The notes under the pieces are model-generated. The model did no database searches, was not told the DNA's origin, and worked only from the letters and a program-made list of their open reading frames with translations. This document shows, in pieces, positions 10,076 through 21,320 of a DNA stretch of 54,047 nt. The translations under genes were made by a program, and so were the position numbers. Source of the DNA: Girardia tigrina (lineage: Eukaryota). How positions within the stretch are numbered: the first letter of the stretch is position 1; the number at the start of each line of letters is the position of its first letter. The DNA lies in contig MQRK01176777.1 of assembly GCA_001938485.1 (NCBI GenBank), forward strand, positions 6,165 to 60,211, written 5' to 3'.

Positions 10076-12187
10076 TTTTATATGGATTTATTAAATTATT
10101 AATAAATCCGTTTGTTCTAATTAATAGTTGCTGTAATGTTAGATTATTTTAAAATATATTTCTATTTAGGTATTCTTCATTGTTAGGAGCGTTGTTGAGT
10201 TCTTAAAATTTTTGAATTTACAATCTTATCAAATTAATAATTAAACAATTACATTCCGTAAAATATTGTTATAGATATGTTAAAATAAGATTTTCAGAAA
10301 TTTAATGTAAAAATTAATTAATGTAAGAAATAAAATAAATTTTACGGTAGGTTTATTAAAAGATTTATGCCAAGATTTATTATAAAGTAAAAAAAGTTAA
10401 TTCCAAATTTGATGAAAATATTTAATTGAAATAAAATCAAAAGAAATATATAGTTTAATATTTTATTTGTGAAATGAAAATAAACTAAACTATTTTTTGT
10501 AACTTTTATTTTACACGATTAAATCGAAGTAAATTAAAAATGTAATTATAATTTTCTTTTTTGGAAATTGTAATTGGAATCAAAATATAATTGTAAAACA
10601 ATTAAATCGACTTAAATGAAAATGTGATTTTAATTTTATTTTGGAAAACGTAATTATTAATGGAAATATAATTTTATTTTTTATGTAAAAAAGGGGTAAT
10701 TTAAAAGTTGTTAAATTAAACGAAATTTTGATTTTAAATTCTATTTTCAAAATATTATTTTATTAAATCCAAAGTAATTTTTTAAAACTATTATGAAAAC
10801 GAAATGAAAAATGCTATTGTATAAAATTGGGAAATTTAATCGAGAAACAGGTAAATTTAAATGTACAATAAAATTGAAATTTAATAAATCTTTGTGACAA
10901 AATTTTAATAAATTCACTTTATAATTTTTTATTAAAAAAAGTATATAATTTTAATTCGTAAGAAATACTATAACTATATTTATATTTATATCAATTCTTA
11001 TTTATAATGGTTTGTGTAAAAAGAAAGTGCAAAAGTACCTCGAAAATATTTGTTTAAAAAAAATCAAATTATGGGAGAAATAAAGTTTTGTGTTAATGAC
11101 AACGTCTTTTAATCAAGAACCCAATATTCAAAATGAAAGATCGATTACAATAATAAGTTGTTTATAATAACTTCTGTATTTCCGGATTTGATCAAAATTT
11201 GAAAATTAAATTATTAAGATCTTTTTGACACTACCTGATTCGATTTTTATTCATAAATGCCGAATATTAGTATGATTTTTGTATAACACATTTTTGAATA
11301 TAATTTTTATTATCCTGTATTTAGCTTCTACAAAAATTGACAGAAACGGGAATACTGTGATCCAGTAATTTATAATCTTATTCATGCTTACATTTTTTTA
11401 AATTCCTATTTTTTTCTTTATTTATTAAGTTGTTAAGAGACAGTTTGTTCAATTCTTAAGACACTTTTCTAAATTTAATATGATTACATAACTTTACTCC
11501 AAATAATCACGTTTGTCGAATTTGATTTTTTTGACATCAAACATAATGATCTTTGTATTAACTTTTATTTTTTTATTTATCTATTGTATGAGGCGATATT
11601 TTTTGGTCCACTACTATTCTAAAGATCATTAAAATACGGCTTAGTATCGACGCAGTCATGACAAGACTCACTCGTCATCCGATTTCTGGATTATAATTTT
11701 ATGAGTAGAAATACTTGTTATGTACAGGAAAAGTAAAATAGAAATAACTAATAAGAGATTGACCCTTGTCTGTTCAAAGTAGTTTTTTTAACAATTATCT
11801 TTATCTAATACATTTCATGGGCTATTATCCTTCTATCATACATGATAATCTCTCGTACATTGAGTAGTATGGAGTTTTACTGTGAAAAATTTTATCTTAT
11901 GACAATAAGAAAGATGTACCGTAATTAATTATCGCAACAATCTTGCGTTGAAGGTAAATTGTCTAGGAAATTATTTGAAAGAATAATTTTTCTCTTTTTT
12001 ATGACTTATTATTTGTTTAATAAATATAAATTTGAAAACTGAACTTCGATTATGAAAAATCTTAATATTATTTATATTTATTTAATAGAATGTCTCTAAA
12101 TTGGTCTAAATATACAAAAGAAATGTGTTACGTTTAACATTTCAAAATTATAATATGAAATAAAATCTATGTATGTTATATTTTCAG

Positions 12188-12864
12188 AGAAGTAAATCAA
12201 CTGGCTCCTCCTTCTAAAGGGATTGCTGAGAGTTGTGTATCTAAGTAATAACATTATTTTTTAATAACAATTATTATTAAAAATTAGTTAAAATTTAGTT
12301 TTTATTGTAATTTTATTTCCAAATAATCGAAAAAATGATAAATATAATCTGCATAGTCATTATGTATGTTATATTTTCAGAGGAGTGATACAACAGGATT
12401 CTTCTCAAAATCCAGTTGGTGGAACTGGTGAACCTAAGTAATTAAATTATTTTTTTAATAAGAATTATTATTAAAAAGTGGTTAAAATTCAATTTTTATT
12501 GTAATTTTATTTTCAAATAATCGAAAAAAAATGATAAATATAATTTCCATAGTAATTCGATAAAGGTTCTTCAACATTGTCAACAAAGGAGATTGTACAT
12601 AGACTAGATAACAATAATTTACTTCTCATAAAGAATAATTAAATTAATTATTAATCAGTTTTTCGGCTTATTTATTTAATTATCTTTATTAGTTTAATCA
12701 ATTATAAAAATATTTAAGTTTATTTGTAATAATTTTGTCAAAGTATCAAATTATAATAATTTGGAAATGATTCAATATTATTAATAAACTATTTTTTAAG
12801 CGAAAACAATTCAACCGAACCGAGTTTGCCATCAGAAGGCAGTCTTCAAGGGCCAACCAATTAA
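12188..12864 (+). CDS. 3' exons of an unidentified gene: 12188-12244, 12381-12437, 12801-12864
   Basis: Two 57-nt phase-2 exons, each bounded by TATTTTCAG and GTAAT, plus a terminal exon after TTTTTTAAG. They splice in one frame: EVNQLAPPSKGIAESCVSK-GVIQQDSSQNPVGGTGEPN-ENNSTEPSLPSEGSLQGPTN*. Upstream exons (11000-12130) were not resolved and the gene may be a pseudogene. Confidence 0.55.
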
Positions 12865-13212
12865 TGATTCCATCGTTGATTAGGAAGACAAATAATATAA
12901 TTTGATTGAATTAGTTGACAAATTAAAGTGTTATCTAAAAGTTATCCCAATGATTTTTCAAATAATACAATCAGCCTTTTATAATTTCCTACATTCTGTA
13001 CCTAAAAATGATAAAATAATAATTATGAAAAATAAGAAAATTAGAAAATATTAAAATTATCATTTTCTTATAAATTTTGTTATCAAAACCGAAACGAATT
13101 TCTTCTGAAAATTTCTAATAATTATATCTCTTAATGAATGAAGCTTGTGCTTCATATAATTATCATTCAAATTTTCTGAAAGAATTAATATATTTTCAAT
13201 ATATTCAATACA

Positions 13213-13810
13213 CAGTAGAACCTCTCTATCTCGAATCCTTTCCGTTACAAAACGTGTTCGAGAGAAGGAGTCGATGCTAAAATAATTGAAGAGTACACCC
13301 TAAAGAGAACGTTGTTGATATAATCGACCAAAATTATTAACTCAGTTCAGACAAAACATGTTATTTTATTAAAGTTGTTGTTGATAAGTAAAAAGTTATT
13401 ACGATTCATTGAAATATTATTTAAAAAATAAATAAAACAAAATACAATAATACAAAATACAATAATACAATTAAATATAATTAATGTTCTATTAAAAATA
13501 TTACTATGAACGAAACTCAAGATATTATTGTATGCAATCGGTAATTTTCGGCCGCTTCTGTTTGGTAATTACTTGCTGATAGCCAAGTTTTGTAATTTCG
13601 TTTGAATGTCAAACATCTGATCCACCAGAGCTGGAGCAATATTTAGAACAAAACAGCGAAAATCCTAAGCTCCGATAAGAGCTTCACTTAATGTAAGGGA
13701 AGGAGATACACATACTGGTTCATCATCGCCATCATTTTCTTCATATGTGTTTCCTTCAAATAGATCAGTAGCAATGATGCTGTTAAGTAAATGGTTCGTC
13801 GTTTGGCTGA
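13213..13810 (-). mobile_element. Tigger/pogo-like transposon 3' end remnant
   Basis: Terminus CAGTAGAACCTCTCTATCTCGAA at 13213. The minus-strand acidic tail EENDGDDEPVCVSPSLTLSEAL resembles Tigger C-termini. Confidence 0.55.
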
Positions 13811-13917
13811 TAGCGGTATACAGTACGATTTCTCTGTCAAAATCTATAAAATTACTATAGTAAATTAAATAGAAGGTACAGAAATAAAGTCGTTGTTTAA
13901 ATAGATAAATTGCAATT

Positions 13918-13987
13918 AATAAATAAAGATTCAAATTTATCGCTGAGTTAATTTTTTGTCTAACAATTGGGAGTCCCGATCAGGTTT
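13918..13987 (+). repeat. Probable LTR 3' end followed by a PBS-like sequence; related copy at ~23180-23227
   Basis: AATAAATAAAGATTCAAATTTATCG(C/T)TGAGTTAATTTTTT..TAACA occurs here and at 23180-23227. Here it is followed by AT-TGGGAGTCCCGATCAGG (TGG-starting, PBS-like; tRNA not identified). Confidence 0.45.
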
Positions 13988-14914
13988 CCGGTAAACAAAT
14001 GGAGGCGAAAGAGAACTTAGAGAAAATATATATATATATATATTAGATTCCAATAGCCAGAGCCGACGCAGGGTTTTATATTCACACACTGATCGGAGAG
14101 CGGCAGTTTGAGCATGGTAGCTACTATCAGAATCAATCACCCTGAATCTCAATCTGGGTATTTTATTTAAATTTTTATCAACTGATGAAGTTAATTTACA
14201 ACCATAAAATCTGATTCTACTGAGGACCGAATTACATTTACTCGATAGCCAATATGAAATTTGTTTTAGACAGAGTCATTAAAATTATCACAGAATCTGG
14301 TCATAACGAGGACTGAGTTACATTCAATTGCTAACCAAGATGAAACTTGGTTTAAACGAGATAATTCATCGAATTTATCACAAATTCTGATCCTGAGGAT
14401 GACCTACTTACATTCGATTGTTTTTAATTTTAATTCACGTTCGATTCGCATCGGTTCACAGCCGATAAATTTTTCCACATTTCTCACCATATCTTTCAAT
14501 GTAGCTATCATTGGAATATTATGATTTGATTAATTTACTTATTCTTTTAAGAAATAACACAAACGCTACAAAATTTAATTATTTTCTCAATTTCTTTATT
14601 TTCGCGGTTTCTAACAAATTTTTTAATTAATGTTCAATCAATTTCAATTTTTGATTTATTTTAACTATTTTAAACAAGTCTCTTTTTACATATGCATATA
14701 AATTTACATATAAAAAACATAATTAAACTTTCAATTATAAACGCTTTTTTTACCTCGTTAGAATCAGAGTTTTGTAAGACTAAATCAAATTTCTAATAAA
14801 ATTTTTTCAATTAATTTTCAAACACATACAAATTAGAAACAAACAAATAGAATTTATTAATTTCGTTCACGACAATCACAAAAATTTATTTTGCACAACT
14901 TATTTTAAATGTTT

Positions 14915-15250
14915 TTTCTTGCTTTCTTTGGAATGAAGTCTTCAATTACTTTGTCGTAATCGACGGAATTTGCCACCTCCCTTTCTATTGATAAAATTGT
15001 CAGTGATTCAAAGCGCTCCTGGCTGATATTTAAACGAAGGTAATTTTTATTAATTTAAGCCTTTCAGTCGAAGCCACAGTGACTGGGGTTGTCAGCAATA
15101 ATTGAAAAAAACAATTAATAAGTTTGGATAGTCTTCGGATAGATTGTTTTTTATGATATAAGAAACATTGATATAAGATAGCCTCTAAATATTGGCGTAC
15201 CGCGAATATCTGGCGCCCGGAGCAGAAAGGCCTGTCTGCGCCCTCGCCAA
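14915..15250 (-). mobile_element. hAT (ZMYM1/Tip100-like) hATC fragment
   Basis: Minus strand DYPNL, LLLTTPVTVASTER, IKNYLRLNISQERFESLTILSIEKEVANSVDYDKVIEDFIPKKARK. A GC-rich subterminal-like GGCGCCCGGAGCA lies at ~15212. Confidence 0.8.
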
Positions 15251-15289
15251 TAATGCATTTAATTCATAGTTGCCGTTTTTTTCGAAAAG

Positions 15290-16295
15290 AAGACCAGGTC
15301 TTACATTCGAAGAAACACTGTTTTTTACAAGTAATTTGTATTCCAAAAATAGGACACTCATCAGGGTCTTATTTTTGAGTGATCTTATTTATGGGGAAAC
15401 CCAGCACATATGAACACTCATCTGAATCAGAATTTGCCATAAATTCGATGAATTATGTCGTTTTAACCAAAAATTTTTTGAATCAATATTCGTTGATTTT
15501 AGTTTTAAAACTTCAAAATAGTTTTTAATAACAGATCTTGTCATCAACTGGGCCGTTATCTTCCTGTCCTACACTCAGAATTTTTCTAACAGAGAATCTG
15601 TTTCGTTTCATAAAATTTCAATCCACCTGTTGCTTACATTAAAATTTACAATTGAAAGAGAAAGTGCTATTTTATTTCCTTGCTTACTCAATATACTGTA
15701 TGACAAGTCTTTTATTTTCTTTTCGTTCCGCGCATAACCACTTTGCAAGATCTTCTTCAAGTTTAGAAAAAAATGGTGTTCTGTCAGATCCTAATTTAAA
15801 TGTTGAAGATTTGTTTTCATATTTGCATATCTTTTCTTCTTGTTTTTTTCCAATCACGCACTTTTTATTCGTTATGTTAAAATCTCTTGCTGTTTTGAAT
15901 ATATTGTTATTATTTTGTCTCAAAATATCAAGAGTCTTGATCTTTATTTCAGTACATTATGACTTCCTATGTATAGGATAAGAAATGAAAAAGCTATAAA
16001 TAATGAATATTCAAACATAAAAAAATTGAAAAATGAAGAAGTAAAAAATATTAAATTTACGTAGGTCGATATAAAAATAATAAACATACTCATTGTTTAA
16101 TAATTTAAAATCACCTTTTTTATAAATTGAATCATTTAAAAGAAAAGTTTAGTTGCACTAGTTGTATTTTATTTGATTATTTTTTTTATAAAAATCGCTA
16201 TTTTTGCAAAACAAATTTTAAGTGCATGAAAATAAGACCAAGGTCTTATTTTTGAGTGGTCTTATGAGGAAACCCAGCACATAAAAACACTCATC
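15290..16295 (-). mobile_element. pogo-like transposon 5' fragment (HTH / CENP-B-type DNA-binding domain)
   Basis: ORF 15684-15923 (KTARDFNI...FSKLEEDLAKWLCAERKENK). Terminus-like GGTCTTATTTTTGAGTG..CTTAT..GGAAACCCAGCACAT is repeated directly at ~15365 and ~16242. Confidence 0.7.
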
Positions 16296-16370
16296 AGTAT
16301 GCAGAACAAAATTTACTTGTAATGTTAACGAAGTTATCAAAAGAAATCTGTAGCGAATATCACATTTTAA

Positions 16371-16950
16371 CCCTCAAAATAGGGCAATAAAAATAATGTT
16401 ATATACAGCTGGGGTTATATGTGACCCCAATAGGAAACTGGTGATCTACAGTTGTTTTAGTGCAAAATAGTCCCGTCTCTGATTTGAGAACAATTTAGTT
16501 GCACATTGAATAACCCTTGCCATGGTCTATACAAAAGATCAACAACATTTCAAAAGAAGACAAATGCTTTTATTAATTGCAGTTCAAACACTTCACTATA
16601 CAATGGGACTTCTACGCACCTCTTTGACAAGATATGTACCGATCCGGCCACTTTCCGTCTTGTCCCGAGAGCAGAAAAACAGTGGCTTCTTTTGGTTCCT
16701 CTCACCACTTCTGCCGCGACATGACTCAAAAAGGCAGATAACATTGATTTTGACAGCTTTCTCAAGAAGAGTCGTCGTCGATGGGGTACATTCTTCTGAT
16801 ACTGCCGATGAACATGCACAAACAGCACTATAATATTATACGCCATGATGTCCATCAGGTTGCAGGCGAATGCAAGTGGCAACCTCAATGCTTTCCTTTT
16901 GCAACTATAATGGCACTCTAGTTGGTCCATAGTGTCCATGCCCCCTTATA
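16371..16950 (-). mobile_element. piggyBac 3' fragment with terminus
   Basis: TTAA|CCCT terminus at 16367-16374. ORF 16550-16939 MDTMDQLECHYSCKRK...PLAFACNLMDIMAYN...RRRLFLRKL, with a decayed Cys-rich C-terminal domain. Confidence 0.85.
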
Positions 16951-17089
16951 ATGGTTGTAGTCCAGAAGGACTTGAGGCTTTCGATGAGTCTCAGGTGAAA
17001 GATCGCTGATGTTGACATGAAGAGTGGACATCACACTTTTAAAAAATATACGGTTGACTTAAAATGAAATATTGAATTAAAAAACATTT

Positions 17090-17626
17090 TTGAAACATCA
17101 GAATCAAAAATAGATTTTTATAATACATCACAAATGAGAAAGTTTCGAATTTGAGAAATCTGTCACAAAACGTTTTTAGCGCTTTTGGTTCAACTTACAT
17201 CTGCAAATCGTTCGAAAATGAAAATGACTAAACACAAAACAAGGTCAAACATAACGGACGCTAACATCCGAACCCAATTACGATGTGCAAATCCCATAAA
17301 TAGAAATCAATTTGCAAGAGCTAAGTGGAAGGATGAACAAATATCGTACTAGTAAAATAAATGTTTTAACACTTCATTTTTTTATTTTATTTATATTTAT
17401 ATATTTCTTTACAATGTGCATTTATTATTATTATATAATCTATGTTAATGTGTAGGGATATTAGTAAACACAAATATAATAACTCATTATGTTTCATTTT
17501 CTCACTTAAAAAATATATGTAGTGGGTGAAAATATTATATGTAGATATATACTTTTAAATGCAGCCCGCGGAGTTATTATGGTTTTCCAAAGCGGCCCGT
17601 AAGATCATTTTGGTTGGTCCCCACTG
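17090..17626 (+). mobile_element. hAT (GTF2IRD2/SPIN/Buster-like) 3' fragment with terminus
   Basis: Frameshifted (F)GSTYICKS..MKMTKHKTRSNITDANIRTQLRCA; subterminal GCAGCCCG/GCGGCCCG; ends ...TTGGTCCCCACTG followed by CCTTAGCC. Confidence 0.8.
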
Positions 17627-17876
17627 CCTTAGCCATTTAATGAGCTGTATAATGACTTCATAAATATATATTTTGGAAGAAATTTTTGATAACACCAGAT
17701 CACAAAGCTTAAGAATATATATTCAATCCAAACCAATCATTGTCAAAAACTACATCCTGCATGATTCAAACATGGGCTTTAGACTTAAGTTCATTCAACT
17801 ATGAGATTGAAAGCTGTGCAGGAAGAAAAATTGATCAAGCGAAATATAAGTAGGGAAAAATGTATGTTCTGCACCA

Positions 17877-18330
17877 CCTCCCCCCGGGGGGAGGGTAGGG
17901 GGGGTAGCGCGTTGCCATCGCAACAGTTACTACGGCAACTAGTCAGGTTACCATAGAAACGGTCGCGATCACCCTAGTAACGGTTCCGGTTACCATGGGA
18001 ACGGTCACGATCACCCCTAGCAATGGTTGCGGTTACCATAGCAACGGTTCCGGCTCACTTGGAAACGCTTCTCATTGGTTCCCGGTACCATAGCGACGTT
18101 CGCGATCACCATAGGAACGGTTCCGTTAACCTTAGTAACCGTCGCGATCACCATAGCCTAGGCAGCAACGGTTCCGATCACCCTAACAGTGGTAACCAAG
18201 GTCTTAGTTATCATAGTAACGGTAACCAAGGGAATTTTTTTATTAGCAATGGATATGTGATTCAAGGTGGTTGTAACCATGGTAACGGTTACCGTATCCA
18301 TAGTAACCGTGACCATTTCCCTAGCAACCG
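17877..18330. repeat. Palindrome-capped degenerate tandem array (~21-bp period) of RFX X-box-like 14-mers
   Basis: Perfect 18-bp palindrome CCTCCCCCCGGGGGGAGG at 17877-17894, then roughly 18 GTTRCCATRGYAAC-like units (e.g. 17911, 17926, 17947, 17989, 18032), often separated by GGTTCCG or GGTCGCG. Confidence 0.85.
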
Positions 18331-18483
18331 AAGAATAAAGTTTTAATCGATCACTGCACAGTGCCCAGATGTGATAATCAATATTTTTAAAATGCACATT
18401 CTAATGTGCTAGCACAGTGCTTTTTAAGTTGCACATGTGCAAAAGTGTAAAAATTAATACATAAATTTTTTTAAAAGTACTAG

Positions 18484-18636
18484 TGTCAAAATCAATGTTA
18501 TCTGCCTTTTTGAATCATGTCGCGGCAGAAGTGGTGAGAGAAACTAAAAGAAGCCACTGTTTTTCTGCTCTCGGGACAAGACGGAAAGTGGCCGGATCGG
18601 TACATATCTTGTCAAAGAGGTGCGTGGAAGTCCCAT
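18484..18636 (+). repeat. Inverted 153-bp copy of piggyBac segment 16603-16755
   Basis: Reverse complement of 16603-16755 with only a few substitutions; both ends are abrupt. Confidence 0.95.
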
Positions 18637-18922
18637 GCACATTTTGATTCTCTATCTGAATGTGCAATTAGAAATTTTATATATTGATTACTTTTCTCTA
18701 TAATTGGCATAATGTGCAAATTTACACAAAATGCACATCGATTTTAGATGCACAAGGAAGCAGAATATCAAAAAAAGTGCTGATGTACTTGAATAGTAAT
18801 CCATATATAGATTCCACATCAACTATTTCAAAAAGGTGTTGAAATATCGATATTTTCGAACATTTCTTAAATTCTCAAAAATCGTGCCTAGAGCTGTTTT
18901 TTCGTATATATATGAAACCCCT

Positions 18923-20071
18923 GTGATATATATGTATGTTGTTTACCATCAAACAATACCTCATGAATCGTTTAATGTATTTAGTGATCAATCACAAGTT
19001 CCATGGTTACCGTAAGTAAGATACATAGCACACTGATCACCTCTCCTTGCGATCGTGCTTCCTCGTTTCCTTGATCATTTTCATACCTTTGTCTCTTATC
19101 TGGGAAGACCATTTTAGTTAACTTTCCTTGGTTTAATCTAGTCTCTTCGTATTCGCTGTCTTCATTGCATTTATCAATTTCCGCAACTGGGTATTGACGA
19201 TTTTGGGGTCTATTATGGTATCCTGCATTATTTTTTTCTTCCAATCGCTGTTTCTACTGTACTGTTCTCTTTCCTTAAATCTATTCTTGTTGAGATAACA
19301 TTGAGTTCTATAATTGCCATTTCTGTTGCAATGAGTACACTTCACATTTGGGCAATCTCATCTTATGTGGCCTTCTTCTTGACATGCATAACATTTTACA
19401 GTTCTGTAATAATTGTTTTTCGGTTTGAATCCATTATTTTTTTGGTTCCTATTGTTGTGTTCGTAATATCTATGTGTGGTTCTTTCGTTGTGTACAGCTT
19501 TGCGTCTAGTTACGGCTTTCCAATTATCTTGTTTATTTACCCTCGTCTATGCTGCCACTGTTTCCTCACATTCCATTTTACGTAGTTCGTACATATTGAT
19601 AACTACTCTTTTTATATCTTTGGTTTCAGTTGTTCCTCTCAGTTTTAATTCTTTTTTGATTTCATAACTGTCAACCATATTTAAACAGGCAAGGTTGAGT
19701 AGTTCTTTTTTAGACAATTTTTCTTTTGTTAGTATATTCACAAGTTCTTCTGCTTTTTTGTATGTTTCTTCTGGGTTGGAGGATCCTCACCGTAAGTTTA
19801 CCAACTCCTTTACTGTATCCAGAATGGATTTTTCTTTAGTAAATGCAGCTTTCAATTTTTCTTTGTAATTTTTACAGCCCATCTCTGAATATTTTTTTAT
19901 TGCCGATGGTGTCATAAACACAGTCACCATCACTATTTTCCTCTCTTCTGCTATACCCATAATGTCGGAATAGCGTTCGAAATTATCAATGAAATCTTCC
20001 AAATCCGATTCTGATCCATTTAATTTTTCACAGTTCATAATGTTCGTTGTCACATGAGCCGTAGTCGCCAT
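18923..20071 (-). mobile_element. Ty3/gypsy-like gag pseudogene with PBS-like and PPT/LTR-like signals, no pol
   Basis: Broken frames 19787-20134 (EKLNGSESDLEDFIDNFERY...MVTVFMTPSA), 19547-19741 and 19133-19345 (decayed knuckle CTHCNRNGNYRTQC). TGGCGACTACGG (PBS-like) starts at 20070 on minus; AAGGAGAGG|TG...CA spans ~19046-18923. Confidence 0.7.
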
Positions 20072-20454
20072 TATATGTAAAAACGACATGCAAAAACTCC
20101 TATTATACTTAAAACATGCATAGACATTATACATACCACTTACACAATCACCAAAAGTACCTGAGCCTAGACATCACCTATCAAAGTACCTCGATACCGT
20201 AACCATGAGGCATAGCCTTTTAAGATTATATATAAAAACAATCTAAAACACCTTAGCAACCATCACTATTACCTTTAAAACTATGAAAAACACCTTAAAA
20301 AACACCTTAAAAATCATTGAAAACATGTAAAAACCACCAAAATTACAGAAAAAAAGTGCAAAAAAACAATACTACACTCATCTGAGACAATTACAGTGTT
20401 GAGGAGTTTAAAAGAGACATTCAGCTGGAGAACCTGTCAACAACGGATGCGAAG

Positions 20455-21230
20455 ATGGAGAAGATCTACAGACTCAAGAAGATCAGCAGGAGCGGAAACG
20501 AGAAGACACTAAGACTAGTGTTGCCCCGTTTAAAAGAGCACAGTTGCCCGATGGATGCCTGTTAGAAGCAGTATGCAGAGGTGAAGGAGCTAAACAGGCA
20601 TCTCAGAAGAGACCATGAAGGAGCAGATCCCATCCCGAGGAAACAGAGAGAAAAGAAAGCCCAGCCGCGACAGAAAAAAAGGAGTCTACAAATGCCTGCA
20701 GTGCCCCAAAGAATACAAAACTGCAGGTTTCCTGAAAATCCATATCCAGAAGAATCACAGAGAAGAGTCAGTACAACCAAACGCCCAGCAAGAAGATAAT
20801 TTGGTCATCGTGAGAGAGGAAGAGCCGACAACAATTCAATCCAACCCCCAGTTACCGGAAGCAACTATGGGCACGCCGAGGATCCAGACAGAAGACAACA
20901 CTACATACACTCGTGAAGAATCGCCGCACCGACAATACCGATTGCCAGCCAATTATACAAAAGCAAAAGGACATTTCCAGTGCCCATTCAGAGGATGTTA
21001 CGCGTCCACCGTAACCGCCAAAGGTATGTATGGCCATGGCACCAAATTCCATGGCTGGTCTTTTGCAACTGGAAAACCGATCGCTCGCTGGCAGAAGGAC
21101 ACTGACCCCGTAGGAGGCCTATCGGGGGGCCCTTAAGGACTTTAGTTTGGGTGGACCCTCTAAAGAGCCTTAGGCTCAATACCATTGAAAGAGATGGGAG
21201 GCCCACTACACTCATCTGCCTAGACTGCAC
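20455..21230 (+). pseudogene. Multi-C2H2 zinc-finger ORF, probably the N-terminus of a restriction-like-endonuclease non-LTR retrotransposon (R2/NeSL/CRE type), disrupted
   Basis: CPMDAC*KQYAEVKELNRHLRRDH; frameshift; CLQCPKEYKTAGFLKIHIQKNH; CPFRGCYASTVTAKGMYGHGTKFH; a possible fourth finger starting ICLDC is truncated at ~21230. No RT seen, so the family is inferred. Confidence 0.55.
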
Positions 21231-21320
21231 ATGTGCTAATCAATACTGCACATGTGCTAATCAATATTGAACATGTTCTAATCAATAATGCACATGTGTT
21301 AATCAATACTTCACATGTGT
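21226..21320. repeat. 21-bp tandem repeat x4.5 containing the palindrome GCACATGTGC
   Basis: TGCACATGTGCTAATCAATAC units start at 21226, 21247, 21268, 21289 and 21310. Confidence 0.95.

Noticed and set aside
17911-18330. CRISPR array
   Set aside because: Units are degenerate, spacers are 1-7 bp and recurrent rather than unique, there are no cas genes, and the context is eukaryotic.
18023-18397. ORFs 18023-18346 (+) and 18158-18397 (-) as proteins
   Set aside because: Low-complexity translations of the tandem array.
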